A stretch of 64,000 nt of DNA, taken from NCBI GenBank assembly GCA_020350205.1, contig CP070707.1, positions 3,624,381 through 3,688,380 of the forward strand, given 5' to 3'. The translations under genes were made by a program, and so were the position numbers. The DNA is from a bacterium. Its GTDB lineage: Bacteria > Calditrichota > Calditrichia > RBG-13-44-9. Within the stretch, counting starts at the first letter, position 1, and the number at the start of each line of letters is the position of its first letter. The notes under the pieces are model-generated. The model was not told the DNA's origin. It did not search any database and saw only the letters and a list, made by a program, of their open reading frames with translations. Positions 30,355-40,460 of the stretch are shown piece after piece.

Positions 30355-31068
30355 TTACTTATAGGCCTCGATAAATCCCTGTTCAATAACTTGCTGCGCT
30401 TTGTGCACTAATTCATTACGATGGGACAGTTCTAACCCTGTTACTGATATGGGGGCATGGATTTTAATTTTCACCCTTCCTGGATTGATCTGAATCTTCC
30501 CTTTGGGAATAATCTGGCGGGTTCCACTTACGGAGACGGGCAGCAAAGACAGGCCAGTATTTATAGCGAGAATAAAGGGACCCTTTTTGAATGTATGGAT
30601 TTTTCCATCTTCACTGCGGGTACCTTCCGGGAAGGCCAATATGGAGAGATGGTGGCTGCGGATAATTTGCTCTGCCTTCCTGAGAGTCTCAAAGGACTGT
30701 TTTTGATTGGAGCGGTCGATTTGAAGCATGCCCACCCCTTTCATGCCCCAGCCGAACACCGGAATCTTGAAAAGCTCCTGCTTGGCAATAATCCGCAGGG
30801 GTACCGGGAGACCAAAAATGAGAACCGGAATGTCCATCAGGCTTTGGTGGTTCGACACCACCACATAAGATTCTCCCCCCTGCAAATATTCGGTCCCTTC
30901 GACCTGCAGTTTCACCCCGGCGGCCAGCAAGATGATTCTTGCCCAGAGGCGGGTAACACCGGTATTGAAGCGAGAATAAGGATTAATAATCCCCCCCACC
31001 ATGGCGGTGAATGCACAGATGGCGGTGTCAATGGCGACAATTAACAGGAATAACCCAAGACGAATCAC
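30355..31068 (-). CDS. plsC: 1-acyl-sn-glycerol-3-phosphate acyltransferase
   Basis: NHQSLMD (HxxxxD) and FPEGTRS acyltransferase motifs. N-terminal TM. Confidence 0.8.
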   Translation of the reverse strand: MIRLGLFLLIVAIDTAICAFTAMVGGIINPYSRFNTGVTRLWARIILLAAGVKLQVEGTEYLQGGESYVVVSNHQSLMDIPVLIFGLPVPLRIIAKQELFKIPVFGWGMKGVGMLQIDRSNQKQSFETLRKAEQIIRSHHLSILAFPEGTRSEDGKIHTFKKGPFILAINTGLSLLPVSVSGTRQIIPKGKIQINPGRVKIKIHAPISVTGLELSHRNELVHKAQQVIEQGFIEAYK

Positions 31069-31073
31069 CGGAA

Positions 31074-32354
31074 TTAATAGTCCTCTCTTTTTATGAGGTT
31101 GAAACCGGTGTAGGGGCGTAGAACTTCCGGGACCATAACCGACCCCTCATCGGTTTGGTAGGTTTCTAGTAATGCTACCATTAATCGGGAAGTGGCCAGG
31201 CCGGATCCGTTCAGGGTGTGCGGGAATTCTGGTTTTGCAGTCGGTTCCCGGCGAAACCTCAGGTTCAGGCGTCGCGCCTGAAAATCCTCAAAATTACTGC
31301 AGCTGCTTGCTTCCAGCCAGCGTTTTTCGGCAGGTGACCATACTTCAATATCATAACATTTGGCGGCTGCGAAGCTGAGATCAGCGGAACAGAGCTCTAC
31401 CACCCGGAAGGGAATTCCCAGTAATTCCAGAATCCGGCTTGCATCACGCAACAATAACTCCAGTTCAGTATAAGAAGATTCCGGCGTGACGATTTTGACC
31501 AGCTCCACCTTATTGAATTGGTGTAATCTCAGGAAACCCCGGGTTTCCTTCCCCCACGATCCTGCTTCCCGCCTGAAACAGGCGGTATAACCACAATATT
31601 TGATCGGTAATTGTTCACCGCTGATGATTTCATCACGATGCATATTGGTAATCGGCACTTCGGCTGTAGGAATCAGAAACAGATCATCCTGTTCGCATAA
31701 ATACATGTCCTCTTCCAGTTTGGGTAGCTGACCGGTGCCGTACATACTTTCCCGGTTTACCAGGAAAGGTGTGAAAACCTCCCGGAACCCATGCTCGTTT
31801 CCGTGAGTATCCAGCATGAAATTAATCAGTGCACGTTCCAGCTTTGCACCCAGACCTTTATATACCGGGAAACCTCTGCCGGAAATTTTGCTTCCCCGGG
31901 GGAAATCCATAATATCAAGCCTTTCAGCAATTTCAATATGATCTGAAATTTCAAAGTCGAATTCGGGGATCTTCCCCCAGGCCCGAACCACCACATTGTC
32001 CGACGCGTCTTTCCCAATGGGCACCGATGAATGAGGCAGGTTGGGTAACTGATCCAGATCTTTTTTCAGGTCATCTTCGATATTTTTTAAGTCTTCATCG
32101 AGATTTTTTATGTTCTGGGAAATTTCCCGGGTTTGATTTATAAGGTGATCGGCTGGTTGACCTGCCTTTTTGAGCTGACTCACCTGTTGAGAAAGTGCAT
32201 TCCGGTCATGTTTGAACTTTTCCACCTGTTGAATAATTTCCCGGCGCCTCTCGTCAAGTTGCAAGATCCGGTCAATATCTCCCATCTCTCCCTTATTCCG
32301 AATGCCCTGGGCGACCTGAGCAGAATTTTCCCGAATAAATTTCAAATCTAGCAT
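31074..32354 (-). CDS. serS: Serine--tRNA ligase
   Basis: N-terminal coiled-coil arm MLDLKFIRENS... and class II core motifs (FRREAGS..., GSGLATSR). 426 aa. Confidence 0.9.
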   Translation of the reverse strand: MLDLKFIRENSAQVAQGIRNKGEMGDIDRILQLDERRREIIQQVEKFKHDRNALSQQVSQLKKAGQPADHLINQTREISQNIKNLDEDLKNIEDDLKKDLDQLPNLPHSSVPIGKDASDNVVVRAWGKIPEFDFEISDHIEIAERLDIMDFPRGSKISGRGFPVYKGLGAKLERALINFMLDTHGNEHGFREVFTPFLVNRESMYGTGQLPKLEEDMYLCEQDDLFLIPTAEVPITNMHRDEIISGEQLPIKYCGYTACFRREAGSWGKETRGFLRLHQFNKVELVKIVTPESSYTELELLLRDASRILELLGIPFRVVELCSADLSFAAAKCYDIEVWSPAEKRWLEASSCSNFEDFQARRLNLRFRREPTAKPEFPHTLNGSGLATSRLMVALLETYQTDEGSVMVPEVLRPYTGFNLIKREDY

Positions 32355-32375
32355 AAATTTTCCTTCACTAAAATC

Positions 32376-33488
32376 TTATGAACGTCCCAGAAATTCCGTG
32401 ATAGCATCCACGATAAAATCCTGTTCTTCACGGGTTAGATCGGGATGCATGGGGAGAGAAATCACCCGTTCTGCCATTCTTTCTGAAACAGGAAAATCTC
32501 CCTTTTTATATCCCGATGTCTCCCGGTAGGCATCTTGCAGATGCAGGGGAATAGGATAATATATTGCATTGGGTATCCCCTTTTCATTTAAATAAAGCTG
32601 AAGCTCATCGCGGTCGCTTTCCAGTTGTATGGTATATTGATGAAAAATGTGATCTGCATATTTTGCGATATAGGGGGTCGTAATTCCCAGACCGGCCAGT
32701 TTCTCAGAATAATACAAAGCATTGGCGTGTCTCTGCTGGTTCCACTGATCCAGGTATTTAAGTTTCACTCTTAAAATGGCGGCCTGCAGGGTATCAAGCC
32801 GGCTGTTAACACCCAGGATATTATGGTAATAGCGGGTCTTGGATCCATGATTGGCTATCATTTTTACTTTTTCCGCCACTTCCTCGTCCTGCGTTACGAC
32901 CATCCCCGCGTCGCCATAAGCTCCCAGATTTTTGCTTGGGAAAAAAGAGATGCAACCCAATAAACCCAGCGAGCAGACCTTTTTCCCTTTATAATTTTCG
33001 CCGACTGCCTGAGCCGCATCTTCGATAACGGATAATCCGTGCTCACGGGCGATGCTGATGATAGGATCCAAATCTGCACTCTGCCCATATAAATGCACCG
33101 GAATGATTGCTTTGGTCTTGGGTGTAATAACCGCTTCAATCAATTCTGGATTAATGTTGAAAGTTTTTTCGTCAATGTCCACGTAAACCGGCTTTGCCCC
33201 CAGAATAGCAATTGTTTCTGCGGTGGCGACAAAGGTAAACGGGGTTGTGATTACCTCATCTCCCGGCCCGATATTCAAAGCCATCAAGGCCAGTTGAAGA
33301 GCATCGGTTCCGCTGGCGCAGGGGATGGCATATTTAACGCCCAGGTAGTGCTGCATATCTTCGGCCAGCTGGTGAACTGCCGGACCATTGATAAACTGGC
33401 CCGATTCCAGAACCTCCAGAACAGCCGGTTCCATCTCGTTTTTAAGTTTCAGGTATTGACGTTTTACGTCAACCATTTGAATTTTCAT
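32376..33488 (-). CDS. DegT/DnrJ/EryC1/StrS-family PLP-dependent sugar aminotransferase
   Basis: 370 aa with family hallmarks (SGTDALQLAL, FHQYTIQL, SLPMHPDLT). Confidence 0.85.
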   Translation of the reverse strand: MKIQMVDVKRQYLKLKNEMEPAVLEVLESGQFINGPAVHQLAEDMQHYLGVKYAIPCASGTDALQLALMALNIGPGDEVITTPFTFVATAETIAILGAKPVYVDIDEKTFNINPELIEAVITPKTKAIIPVHLYGQSADLDPIISIAREHGLSVIEDAAQAVGENYKGKKVCSLGLLGCISFFPSKNLGAYGDAGMVVTQDEEVAEKVKMIANHGSKTRYYHNILGVNSRLDTLQAAILRVKLKYLDQWNQQRHANALYYSEKLAGLGITTPYIAKYADHIFHQYTIQLESDRDELQLYLNEKGIPNAIYYPIPLHLQDAYRETSGYKKGDFPVSERMAERVISLPMHPDLTREEQDFIVDAITEFLGRS

Positions 33489-33780
33489 TTAGCCTCCGCC
33501 ACGTAAAAATTTGTATTATTTATTTTTATAAACTAAAAAATATAATAAAATTGAAGAACTAAAACAAAGTGCAAAAAATGGTGACACAGCGAGGGAAAGG
33601 TTATGGTAATTCAAGGATAAAGCGATTAAAATGGACGCGGGTGGATATGAAAAATAAAAAATTAAATACTGCACATTTCTTTTATTTTCCATAAAAATTT
33701 GATTTGCGGAATTTTGAGAGCACTCGCGGCGTATTTGCTCTATTATTTTAAATGGTTTTTAAGAAGGAGGTGGAAGTGTT

Positions 33781-34365
33781 ATGAAAATGACTGTGTTTTT
33801 TTTAGTTATAATGGTTTTTGCTTTACCAGAGCAGCGTGTTTTTACCGGTGAAAAGGAGAAAGATGTGGTGGTCATCGAGACTGAATTCGGCAATATAGTG
33901 ATGGAACTTGAGGAAACTGACGCACCCCTGCACAGTGCAAATTTTAAGAAGCTGGTCAGAGATGGTTTTTATGATAGCACCACATTTCACCGGGTTGTTC
34001 CTAATTTTGTGATTCAGGGCGGTGATCCCCTGAGCAAGAATGATTTCCCGGGAGATGAAGGACGTGGTGGTCCGGGCTATACCATACCGGCAGAAATTGG
34101 ATTGCCTCATCTGCGTGGCGCGGTTGGGGCAGCGCGGCAGGGTGATGCGGTAAACCCCGAAAAAGCATCAAATGGAAGCCAGTTTTACATTTGTCTACAA
34201 GCCCAACCGTATCTGGATCGTCTGGGATATACCATTTTTGGTAAAATTGTAGAGGGGATGGAGGTGGTCGACCTGATTGCGCAGCAACCCCTCAGGGGAG
34301 AAAGACCGCAAAAGGATATCCGGATGAAACGGGTTTATATGGTCCGCTGGAAACCAACCGAGTAG
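33781..34365 (+). CDS. Cyclophilin-type peptidyl-prolyl cis-trans isomerase, secreted
   Basis: FHRVVPNFVIQGGDP and GSQFYICL cyclophilin motifs. Signal peptide. Confidence 0.85.
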   Translation: MKMTVFFLVIMVFALPEQRVFTGEKEKDVVVIETEFGNIVMELEETDAPLHSANFKKLVRDGFYDSTTFHRVVPNFVIQGGDPLSKNDFPGDEGRGGPGYTIPAEIGLPHLRGAVGAARQGDAVNPEKASNGSQFYICLQAQPYLDRLGYTIFGKIVEGMEVVDLIAQQPLRGERPQKDIRMKRVYMVRWKPTE

Positions 34366-34413
34366 GAAAGGGGTATATCAGTTATTACCAATAACCAGGG
34401 AAGATGAATCATA

Positions 34414-36102
34414 ATGAGGATCTCCTCTCTTTTTCTTAGTATAGCTGTAATGATTGCCAGCAATTTTTCAGCCCTTCGGGGGGAGGAAAAATTCTGGATA
34501 TTTTTTACTGATAAGGGACAAAATCATACCCTGAGTGTTTCTAAACAAAGAGATCTGCAGAAAAATTTTGTCTCATCCCGGGCACTTGAACGTCGTCGCC
34601 TGAGAGGAATGTCGCTTACAATTGAAACGGACTTGCCGCTGGAAGCTGATTACATTTCTAAGGTGGAATTACTGGGGATTAAAATCCATACCATATCTCG
34701 CTGGTTGAATGCCATAAGTGGATCAGGCTCTCCCGATCAGATTTTGCAGGTGGCTCAACTTCCGTTTGTTGAATCGGTGAAAAGAGTAAAGGTATGGCGT
34801 TATAAAAATAGTGTGCACTCGCAGCCCGCGCCGGAGGCAGAATCAGGGGGTCCGGAGCTTTTACAGAGATACGGATTTTCAGATTTTCAGATTCGTTTCC
34901 ACAATATCCACTGGCTGCATGATAAGGGACTAACCGGAAAGGGTATCTCCATTGCCGTGTTCGATACCGGATTCCGGCGGGATCACCCCGCATTGCATCA
35001 TGTGCAGCCCCGGATTATCGCGGAATATGATTTCATTCAAATGGATTCAATTACCTCCAATCAACCGGGGGATCGGTCCAATCAGGATGACCACGGGACA
35101 ATTGTCTTATCTGTCATTGCCAGTTATCTCCCGGATACGTTAATCGGGCCGGCCTATGATGCACAATTCCTGCTGGCAAAAACTGAAATTGAAGGCGAAG
35201 AACTGCATGTGGAAGAAGATCACTGGATGATGGCGGCGGAGTGGGCAGAAAGATTGGGAGCAGATATTGTGTCCAGCTCCCTGTCATATTCCACTTTTGA
35301 TGAGGGCGAGGGGGATTACAGTTATCAGGACATGGATGGCCAGACCACGATTATCACCCGGGCAGCCCAGGAATTAGCAAGACGAGGTGTCCTGGTGGTT
35401 TCGTCTGCGGGTAATGAGGGGAATACACCCTGGTATTACATCACTGCCCCGGCCGATGGATTTTATACTTTAGGGGTGGGATCAGTGAACAGCAACAATA
35501 ATCTCTCAGCTTTCAGTTCGCGTGGCCCCAGCTACGATGGGCGGCTTAAACCGGATATAGTCGCCCTGGGCGAAAATGTTTTCGGGGTGGGATCTTCAAA
35601 AATAATACGAGCGAATCGCGGTACGTCATATAGCTGTCCGCTGGTCACCGGGATTGCTGCTCAAATACTGGAACAATTTCCCCGAACCGATCTGATAACT
35701 TTGCTCAAGGTTCTTCGAAAATCCGGAGATCAGGCGGATTTTCCCGATAACCAAAAAGGATATGGCAAAATAGATGCCTTGCGCGCCTGGGAATTGGCCC
35801 GGGAGGCAGCATCTGCCCTGATCGGAAACCAGCCAGCGCCCCCACTCCCGAATCCCTATTATCAGGACAGCGGAATTATCTTTTTCCAGGTGGATTTGAT
35901 TTCGCCGCAGCGGATACATTTACAGATTTTTAATATTCTCGGGCAAAAAGTATCTGACGTAGTACAGGATGGTGAAAGCGGTCGAAATCTGATGACCTGG
36001 AATGTCAGAAATTCAGCAGGATTTCCGGTTGCCGGTGGAATTTACTTGTATCGGATCAGGGCCGGTAGTCTAAATTTCACCGGAAAACTGACTGTGTTTT
36101 AG
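34414..36102 (+). CDS. Subtilisin-like S8 serine peptidase with a type IX secretion C-terminal sorting domain
   Basis: Catalytic D/H/S regions (VFDTG, HGTIVLSVIA, GTSYSCPLVTGIAAQ). N-terminal propeptide-like segment. C-terminal T9SS sorting domain (IFNILGQKVSDV...GGIYLYRIRAGSLNFTGKLTVF). Confidence 0.8.
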   Translation: MRISSLFLSIAVMIASNFSALRGEEKFWIFFTDKGQNHTLSVSKQRDLQKNFVSSRALERRRLRGMSLTIETDLPLEADYISKVELLGIKIHTISRWLNAISGSGSPDQILQVAQLPFVESVKRVKVWRYKNSVHSQPAPEAESGGPELLQRYGFSDFQIRFHNIHWLHDKGLTGKGISIAVFDTGFRRDHPALHHVQPRIIAEYDFIQMDSITSNQPGDRSNQDDHGTIVLSVIASYLPDTLIGPAYDAQFLLAKTEIEGEELHVEEDHWMMAAEWAERLGADIVSSSLSYSTFDEGEGDYSYQDMDGQTTIITRAAQELARRGVLVVSSAGNEGNTPWYYITAPADGFYTLGVGSVNSNNNLSAFSSRGPSYDGRLKPDIVALGENVFGVGSSKIIRANRGTSYSCPLVTGIAAQILEQFPRTDLITLLKVLRKSGDQADFPDNQKGYGKIDALRAWELAREAASALIGNQPAPPLPNPYYQDSGIIFFQVDLISPQRIHLQIFNILGQKVSDVVQDGESGRNLMTWNVRNSAGFPVAGGIYLYRIRAGSLNFTGKLTVF

Positions 36103-36959
36103 GGATTTTTATCTGAAACCGTCCTTAATAATACCCAGAGTGGCTTATGGTCACTGGCCAGTGTCTCGCTGGTGCCGCTGTCTATCAGTTCCAATCCTTT
36201 GACGAATATATGATCTAAGGTGAGATTTAAAAATGCTTTCTCGACTGTGGGACCTGCTTCCCGGCTGGCCCGCAGGAATCCGTTTTTTAAAAAAACCTCC
36301 TCCAGATCCCGGACATTCTGGGAAAACAGAGTATTGAAGTCTCCTCCGATAATCATTTGAGGGTGTTGCCGGGAGATACTGTTGAGGATAGAATCCGCCT
36401 GACTCAAGCGTTTCTCGGCGCTGACCACCGCGGTTGCGGTGTGAACGCTGTATACCAGTAAATCGTTTTTGGGGTGGGCGACATAAGATGAGACCGCTAT
36501 TCTTTTGGTTTTTCCCAGAACGGGTTCATAGGGTAATAAAATCTTCTTGTGGCTATGCAGAGGCCATTTAGACAGAATGGCATTTCCAAAATTGCGATCG
36601 CTCTGGGGATGTACGGTGGCCGGATAATAGACGTAGTTGTAACTCAATGAACTGGCAATAGAATCCGTCCCCGATTCATCCATCTCTTGTAATAGTATAA
36701 TATCCGCATTCCGCAATTGCGGCTGAGTTTTTAACTCGGATATTGCCTGATTGATTTTTTCCGCAAATTTAATGTTAAATGATACCACCTTCAGGGTGTC
36801 ATTAAATGTTTCAACATCCGGAGCATAGCTGCCGGTAAATTTGGGGCGATCTGGAGAAATGTAGTTACGCGGTGCGCTACAGCTCATACACCCAAAAATT
36901 CCCAGCGAAACCAGCAGAAAAACAGCTTTTGTCACATGTCGGCAGCCTAGAATACGCAT
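36099..36959 (-). CDS. Endonuclease/exonuclease/phosphatase (EEP) family lipoprotein
   Basis: Signal peptide with lipobox-like GCMSC. EEP motifs LLQEMDE, GGDFN, SDHKP. Confidence 0.75.
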   Translation of the reverse strand: MRILGCRHVTKAVFLLVSLGIFGCMSCSAPRNYISPDRPKFTGSYAPDVETFNDTLKVVSFNIKFAEKINQAISELKTQPQLRNADIILLQEMDESGTDSIASSLSYNYVYYPATVHPQSDRNFGNAILSKWPLHSHKKILLPYEPVLGKTKRIAVSSYVAHPKNDLLVYSVHTATAVVSAEKRLSQADSILNSISRQHPQMIIGGDFNTLFSQNVRDLEEVFLKNGFLRASREAGPTVEKAFLNLTLDHIFVKGLELIDSGTSETLASDHKPLWVLLRTVSDKNP

Positions 36960-37548
36960 CTGTTTTTTTCCTGCAAGTTACTCAATTTCGGGTATCCAAG
37001 TTTAAAATCTAAAGATTATCTGAATTATAGTCTGATAGTATTAAAAGTTGAATGATGTAATTTAAATTTATCCAAATTTACGTCAATAGCTTTTTTGTCA
37101 CTTATATCCTGACCCATGCCCTTCACCTGCCTGTTGAAAAAGAGCATGAGAAGAGACATAATGAAGTCATAACCAAGAAATATTCATATCATTTTTATAA
37201 AAATTACTGTATCTAGATTTAACCATGCCATAATTAACCCTTAGCGAAGGTAAATGTTCTCTAAAGATTATCAATTTATATTTAAGGATAACTTTTCTGA
37301 CCAGATGAATCCCGGAAAATTGTCACGCTATTCTGAATTTCGGCGGTTAATCCTATTATTCACTCCTGTACATATTCTTATACCAACCGAAAGTTCCCCG
37401 ACATTGAAAATTGGCAATATGTGATTATAAAATATAATAAAATGACAAAAAAGATGTTGAATATTAATCTTTCGTGCTTTAAATATTATATTCTGGGTCT
37501 TTTTTCCTGAACCTGAACATCTAAGAAAAATACTGAAAAGCAAATAGC

Positions 37549-38736
37549 ATGAAAACCCTTAACCGGTCTATTATTATTATTCTGGATGGCGTAGGTATCG
37601 GTGAATTGCCCGATGCAGCACTTTTTCAGGATACCGGCAGCCACACTCTGGGAAATCTGGCCAGAGCAGTGGGCGGATTACATCTTCCCCGGCTTGAAAA
37701 ACTCGGGCTGGGCAATATTGATTCCATCATGGGCTTAAAACCCCAGAAATCTCCCCAGGCAAATTATGGAAAAATGCGGGAACAGTCACCGGGGAAGGAC
37801 AGCACCAGCGGGCACTGGGAAATTGCGGGTCATGTTCTCGATTTTGCTTTCCCGACCTATCCGGAGGGTTTTCCCCCTGAAGTATTGGAACCTTTTAAGA
37901 AAAGAATTCAGCGTGATATCCTGGGAAATATACCGGCTTCCGGCACTGAAATTATTAAGGAACTGGGCGAAGAGCATGTTCGAACTGGCAAACCTATCAT
38001 TTACACGTCAGCAGATAGCGTTTTTCAGATTGCCGCCCACGAAGAGGTCATTCCGCTTCCGGATTTATATGAAATGTGCCAGATTGCCCGGGACATTCTT
38101 ACGGGAGAACATGCAGTTTCCAGGGTTATCGCCCGGCCTTTTATCGGAAAAAATTCGCAGGACTTCACACGTACCCGGGCCAGGAGGGATTTTTCTCTGA
38201 AACCGTCGGGAAAATTGCTCCAAAACTGTTTTCAGGAAGCCCGGTTACCCACGGTGGGTATCGGTAAAATTGATGATCTGTATGCCGGGGTCGGTCTCGA
38301 CCACAAGCTGCACAGCAAGAGCAATCGGGAGGGGATCGATATCCTCCTCCAACAAATAAAAATGTTGGAAAAAGGGTTGATCATGATTAATTTAGTCGAC
38401 TTTGACATGCTTTGGGGACACCGGAACAATCCGGCAGGATTTTATCAGGAATTGCAGGAATTCGACCGACGCCTGGAGAGTATTTTACATTTACTACAAC
38501 CCGGGGACCTTCTTTTTATTACAGCTGATCATGGGAATGATCCTACCACCCCCAGCACGGATCATTCGCGTGAATATGTCCCATTATTGGTATATGGTCC
38601 CAATTTGGCTCGGGGTATCAACCTGGGGATTCGGGAAACGTTTGCTGATCTAGGAGCTACTGTTGCAGAGGCTTTTGGATTATCTGAATGTCATTTAAAA
38701 GGATGCAGTTTCTGGCCTGAAGTGGCGATAGGATAA
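37549..38736 (+). CDS. deoB: Phosphopentomutase
   Basis: N-terminal IIIILDGVGIG and the metal-binding alkaline-phosphatase-like core of DeoB. 395 aa. Confidence 0.85.
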   Translation: MKTLNRSIIIILDGVGIGELPDAALFQDTGSHTLGNLARAVGGLHLPRLEKLGLGNIDSIMGLKPQKSPQANYGKMREQSPGKDSTSGHWEIAGHVLDFAFPTYPEGFPPEVLEPFKKRIQRDILGNIPASGTEIIKELGEEHVRTGKPIIYTSADSVFQIAAHEEVIPLPDLYEMCQIARDILTGEHAVSRVIARPFIGKNSQDFTRTRARRDFSLKPSGKLLQNCFQEARLPTVGIGKIDDLYAGVGLDHKLHSKSNREGIDILLQQIKMLEKGLIMINLVDFDMLWGHRNNPAGFYQELQEFDRRLESILHLLQPGDLLFITADHGNDPTTPSTDHSREYVPLLVYGPNLARGINLGIRETFADLGATVAEAFGLSECHLKGCSFWPEVAIG

Positions 38737-38795
38737 AAGCACGGATGCTTCTTGCTTTGATGTTGACATAATATTCTATTTATACATAAGGAATA

Positions 38796-38883
38796 TGTCA
38801 TTTCGAGAAACTCCGCACTCAACGTCATACAGGGGTGTACATAAGATTCTAGAATTATTCTGAGTGCGGGAGAGTCGAGAAAT
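38796..38883 (+). repeat. Intergenic hairpin element E1 of the TGTCAWTTCGAG-box family
   Basis: 5' box TGTCATTTCGAG. Imperfect inverted repeat CTCCGCACTCA/TGAGTGCGGGAG forming a stem. 3' CGAGAAAT. Followed by the GC-rich hairpin CCCCCGGCTTGCCGGGGGGG at about 38917..38936. Confidence 0.35.
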
Positions 38884-39043
38884 TTTTTTTGACTGTATAG
38901 ATTTCTCCACTCCGCTCCCCCGGCTTGCCGGGGGGGCTTCGGTCGGAATGACTTTCAGGCCATAAATTTCGATTTTGAGGCATGACATTTTTAAATTATT
39001 TCACTCAAGGAAATTCAAGTTTAATCGATTGATATAATATAGG

Positions 39044-39373
39044 TTGGGAGACGGCTCCATGACCGTTTTGTGGGATAAAATCAAGAAAAATATTGTGCAG
39101 TCTCTTAACGAGGCCATTGACAAGACCGAAGAATTAACCAGTGTGGGCCGGATTAAGCTGGAGATATTACAACATGAACATCAACTGGACGAGCAGTTTA
39201 CCACGCTGGGTAAGTATATTTACAAACATTCTAAAAAAGATCCGGAAATCCTGAAGGGCGACAAGAAACTGCAGGATTTGAAAAAAGCCATCGATAAACT
39301 GGAAAAGGAATTGAGTAAGAAGGAAAAGGAACTGGGACGAATTCGGGAAGAGGATGGAATCGATTTTGACTAA
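39044..39373 (+). CDS. Hypothetical small coiled-coil protein
   Basis: 109 aa with Lys/Glu-rich heptads. Overlaps the capA-like start, so probably co-transcribed. Confidence 0.4.
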   Translation: MGDGSMTVLWDKIKKNIVQSLNEAIDKTEELTSVGRIKLEILQHEHQLDEQFTTLGKYIYKHSKKDPEILKGDKKLQDLKKAIDKLEKELSKKEKELGRIREEDGIDFD

Positions 39374-40406
39374 GAAGTTTGTTCTAATACATATATTATG
39401 CCTGATTCTGGTGGGAATCTTTAGCTATCCCGTCCAGGCAGGCCCCGAAGCCCCTATTCAGCTGGTTGCAGCGGGAGATATGATGTTAGACTCCTGGATC
39501 GAGCAGGTGGTGCGGGACCAGGGCTGGCAATATCCATTTGTTTACCTGGATAGTATCCTGAGTAAAGCGGATCTGGTTTTTGCTAACCTGGAAGCGCCTT
39601 TTGGAAGACAGGATTCTGCTTATCCCAAAACATACACTTTTCAGGTGGAACCGGATATGGTGCAGGTTTTGATGGCAGGCAAAATTAATGTGGTTAGTCT
39701 GGCCAACAATCATATTCTTGATTTTGGTTCAGCAGCGCTTCGGGAGACCATGCAGTTACTGGATACGCATGGGATAAAATATTCCGGTGCTGGTAATAAT
39801 CTCTGGGAAGCCCGGCAGCCGGCAAGATTCGAAATTAAGGGCAAAAAAATAGCCGTGGCCTGCTACAGTCTTACTTTTCCGGAGGAATTCTGGGCCACGG
39901 ATAGCACGGCGGGGACCTGCTTTCCCTCGCATACATTTTTTTACAAGGATATCAGGCGTTTTAAGAAGGAGAACGATGTTCTGGTTATTTCTTTTCATTG
40001 GGGAGGAGAATTGTTAACCGCTCCCAAAGAATATCAGGTGGATCTGGCCCATCGGGCGATTGATGCCGGGGCGGATCTGATTCTGGGGCATCATCCCCAT
40101 GTGATTCAGGGTCTGGAAATCTATAAAGGAAAACTCATCGCCTACAGCCTGGGGAATTATATATTTGGTTCTTACAGCGACAAGGCGACACGAAGCATGC
40201 TGCTTCAATTGTCCTATGATGAGGATTCATTTAAGCGGTGTACTATTATCCCGATCGATGTTCATAACCGATTTGTGGAATTTCAACCCCGCTTGCTCAA
40301 GGACGCCGATAAAATAAATTTTTTCAATGAATTAATCGGACTATCTCAGGAACTAAACAGCCAGCCGCTCGTAATTAATAGCGCTGGTGAAATTATATTT
40401 AATTAA
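39354..40406 (+). CDS. CapA/PGA_cap-family metallophosphatase (poly-gamma-glutamate capsule synthesis-like)
   Basis: Motifs LVFANLEAPF, VVSLANNHILDFG, ISFHWGGE, LILGHHPHVIQG, LGNYIFGS. Confidence 0.8.
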   Translation: MESILTKKFVLIHILCLILVGIFSYPVQAGPEAPIQLVAAGDMMLDSWIEQVVRDQGWQYPFVYLDSILSKADLVFANLEAPFGRQDSAYPKTYTFQVEPDMVQVLMAGKINVVSLANNHILDFGSAALRETMQLLDTHGIKYSGAGNNLWEARQPARFEIKGKKIAVACYSLTFPEEFWATDSTAGTCFPSHTFFYKDIRRFKKENDVLVISFHWGGELLTAPKEYQVDLAHRAIDAGADLILGHHPHVIQGLEIYKGKLIAYSLGNYIFGSYSDKATRSMLLQLSYDEDSFKRCTIIPIDVHNRFVEFQPRLLKDADKINFFNELIGLSQELNSQPLVINSAGEIIFN

Positions 40407-40460
40407 CGGAAATTTCTAACCAGTTAAACAGAATCATAAAAAGGAGGTATTTGTCAAGTA

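Noticed and set aside
36960-37548. 590-bp AT-rich intergenic region searched for RNase P RNA, tmRNA, SRP RNA or a riboswitch
   Set aside because: No conserved core motifs (GGAAGGAAGCAGC of SRP RNA, the tmRNA tag-reading frame or acceptor end, RNase P P4) were found. It is most likely divergent promoter DNA for deoB and the EEP gene.
37766-38200. 144-aa alternative-frame ORF inside deoB
   Set aside because: It lies within the high-confidence phosphopentomutase gene in another frame.
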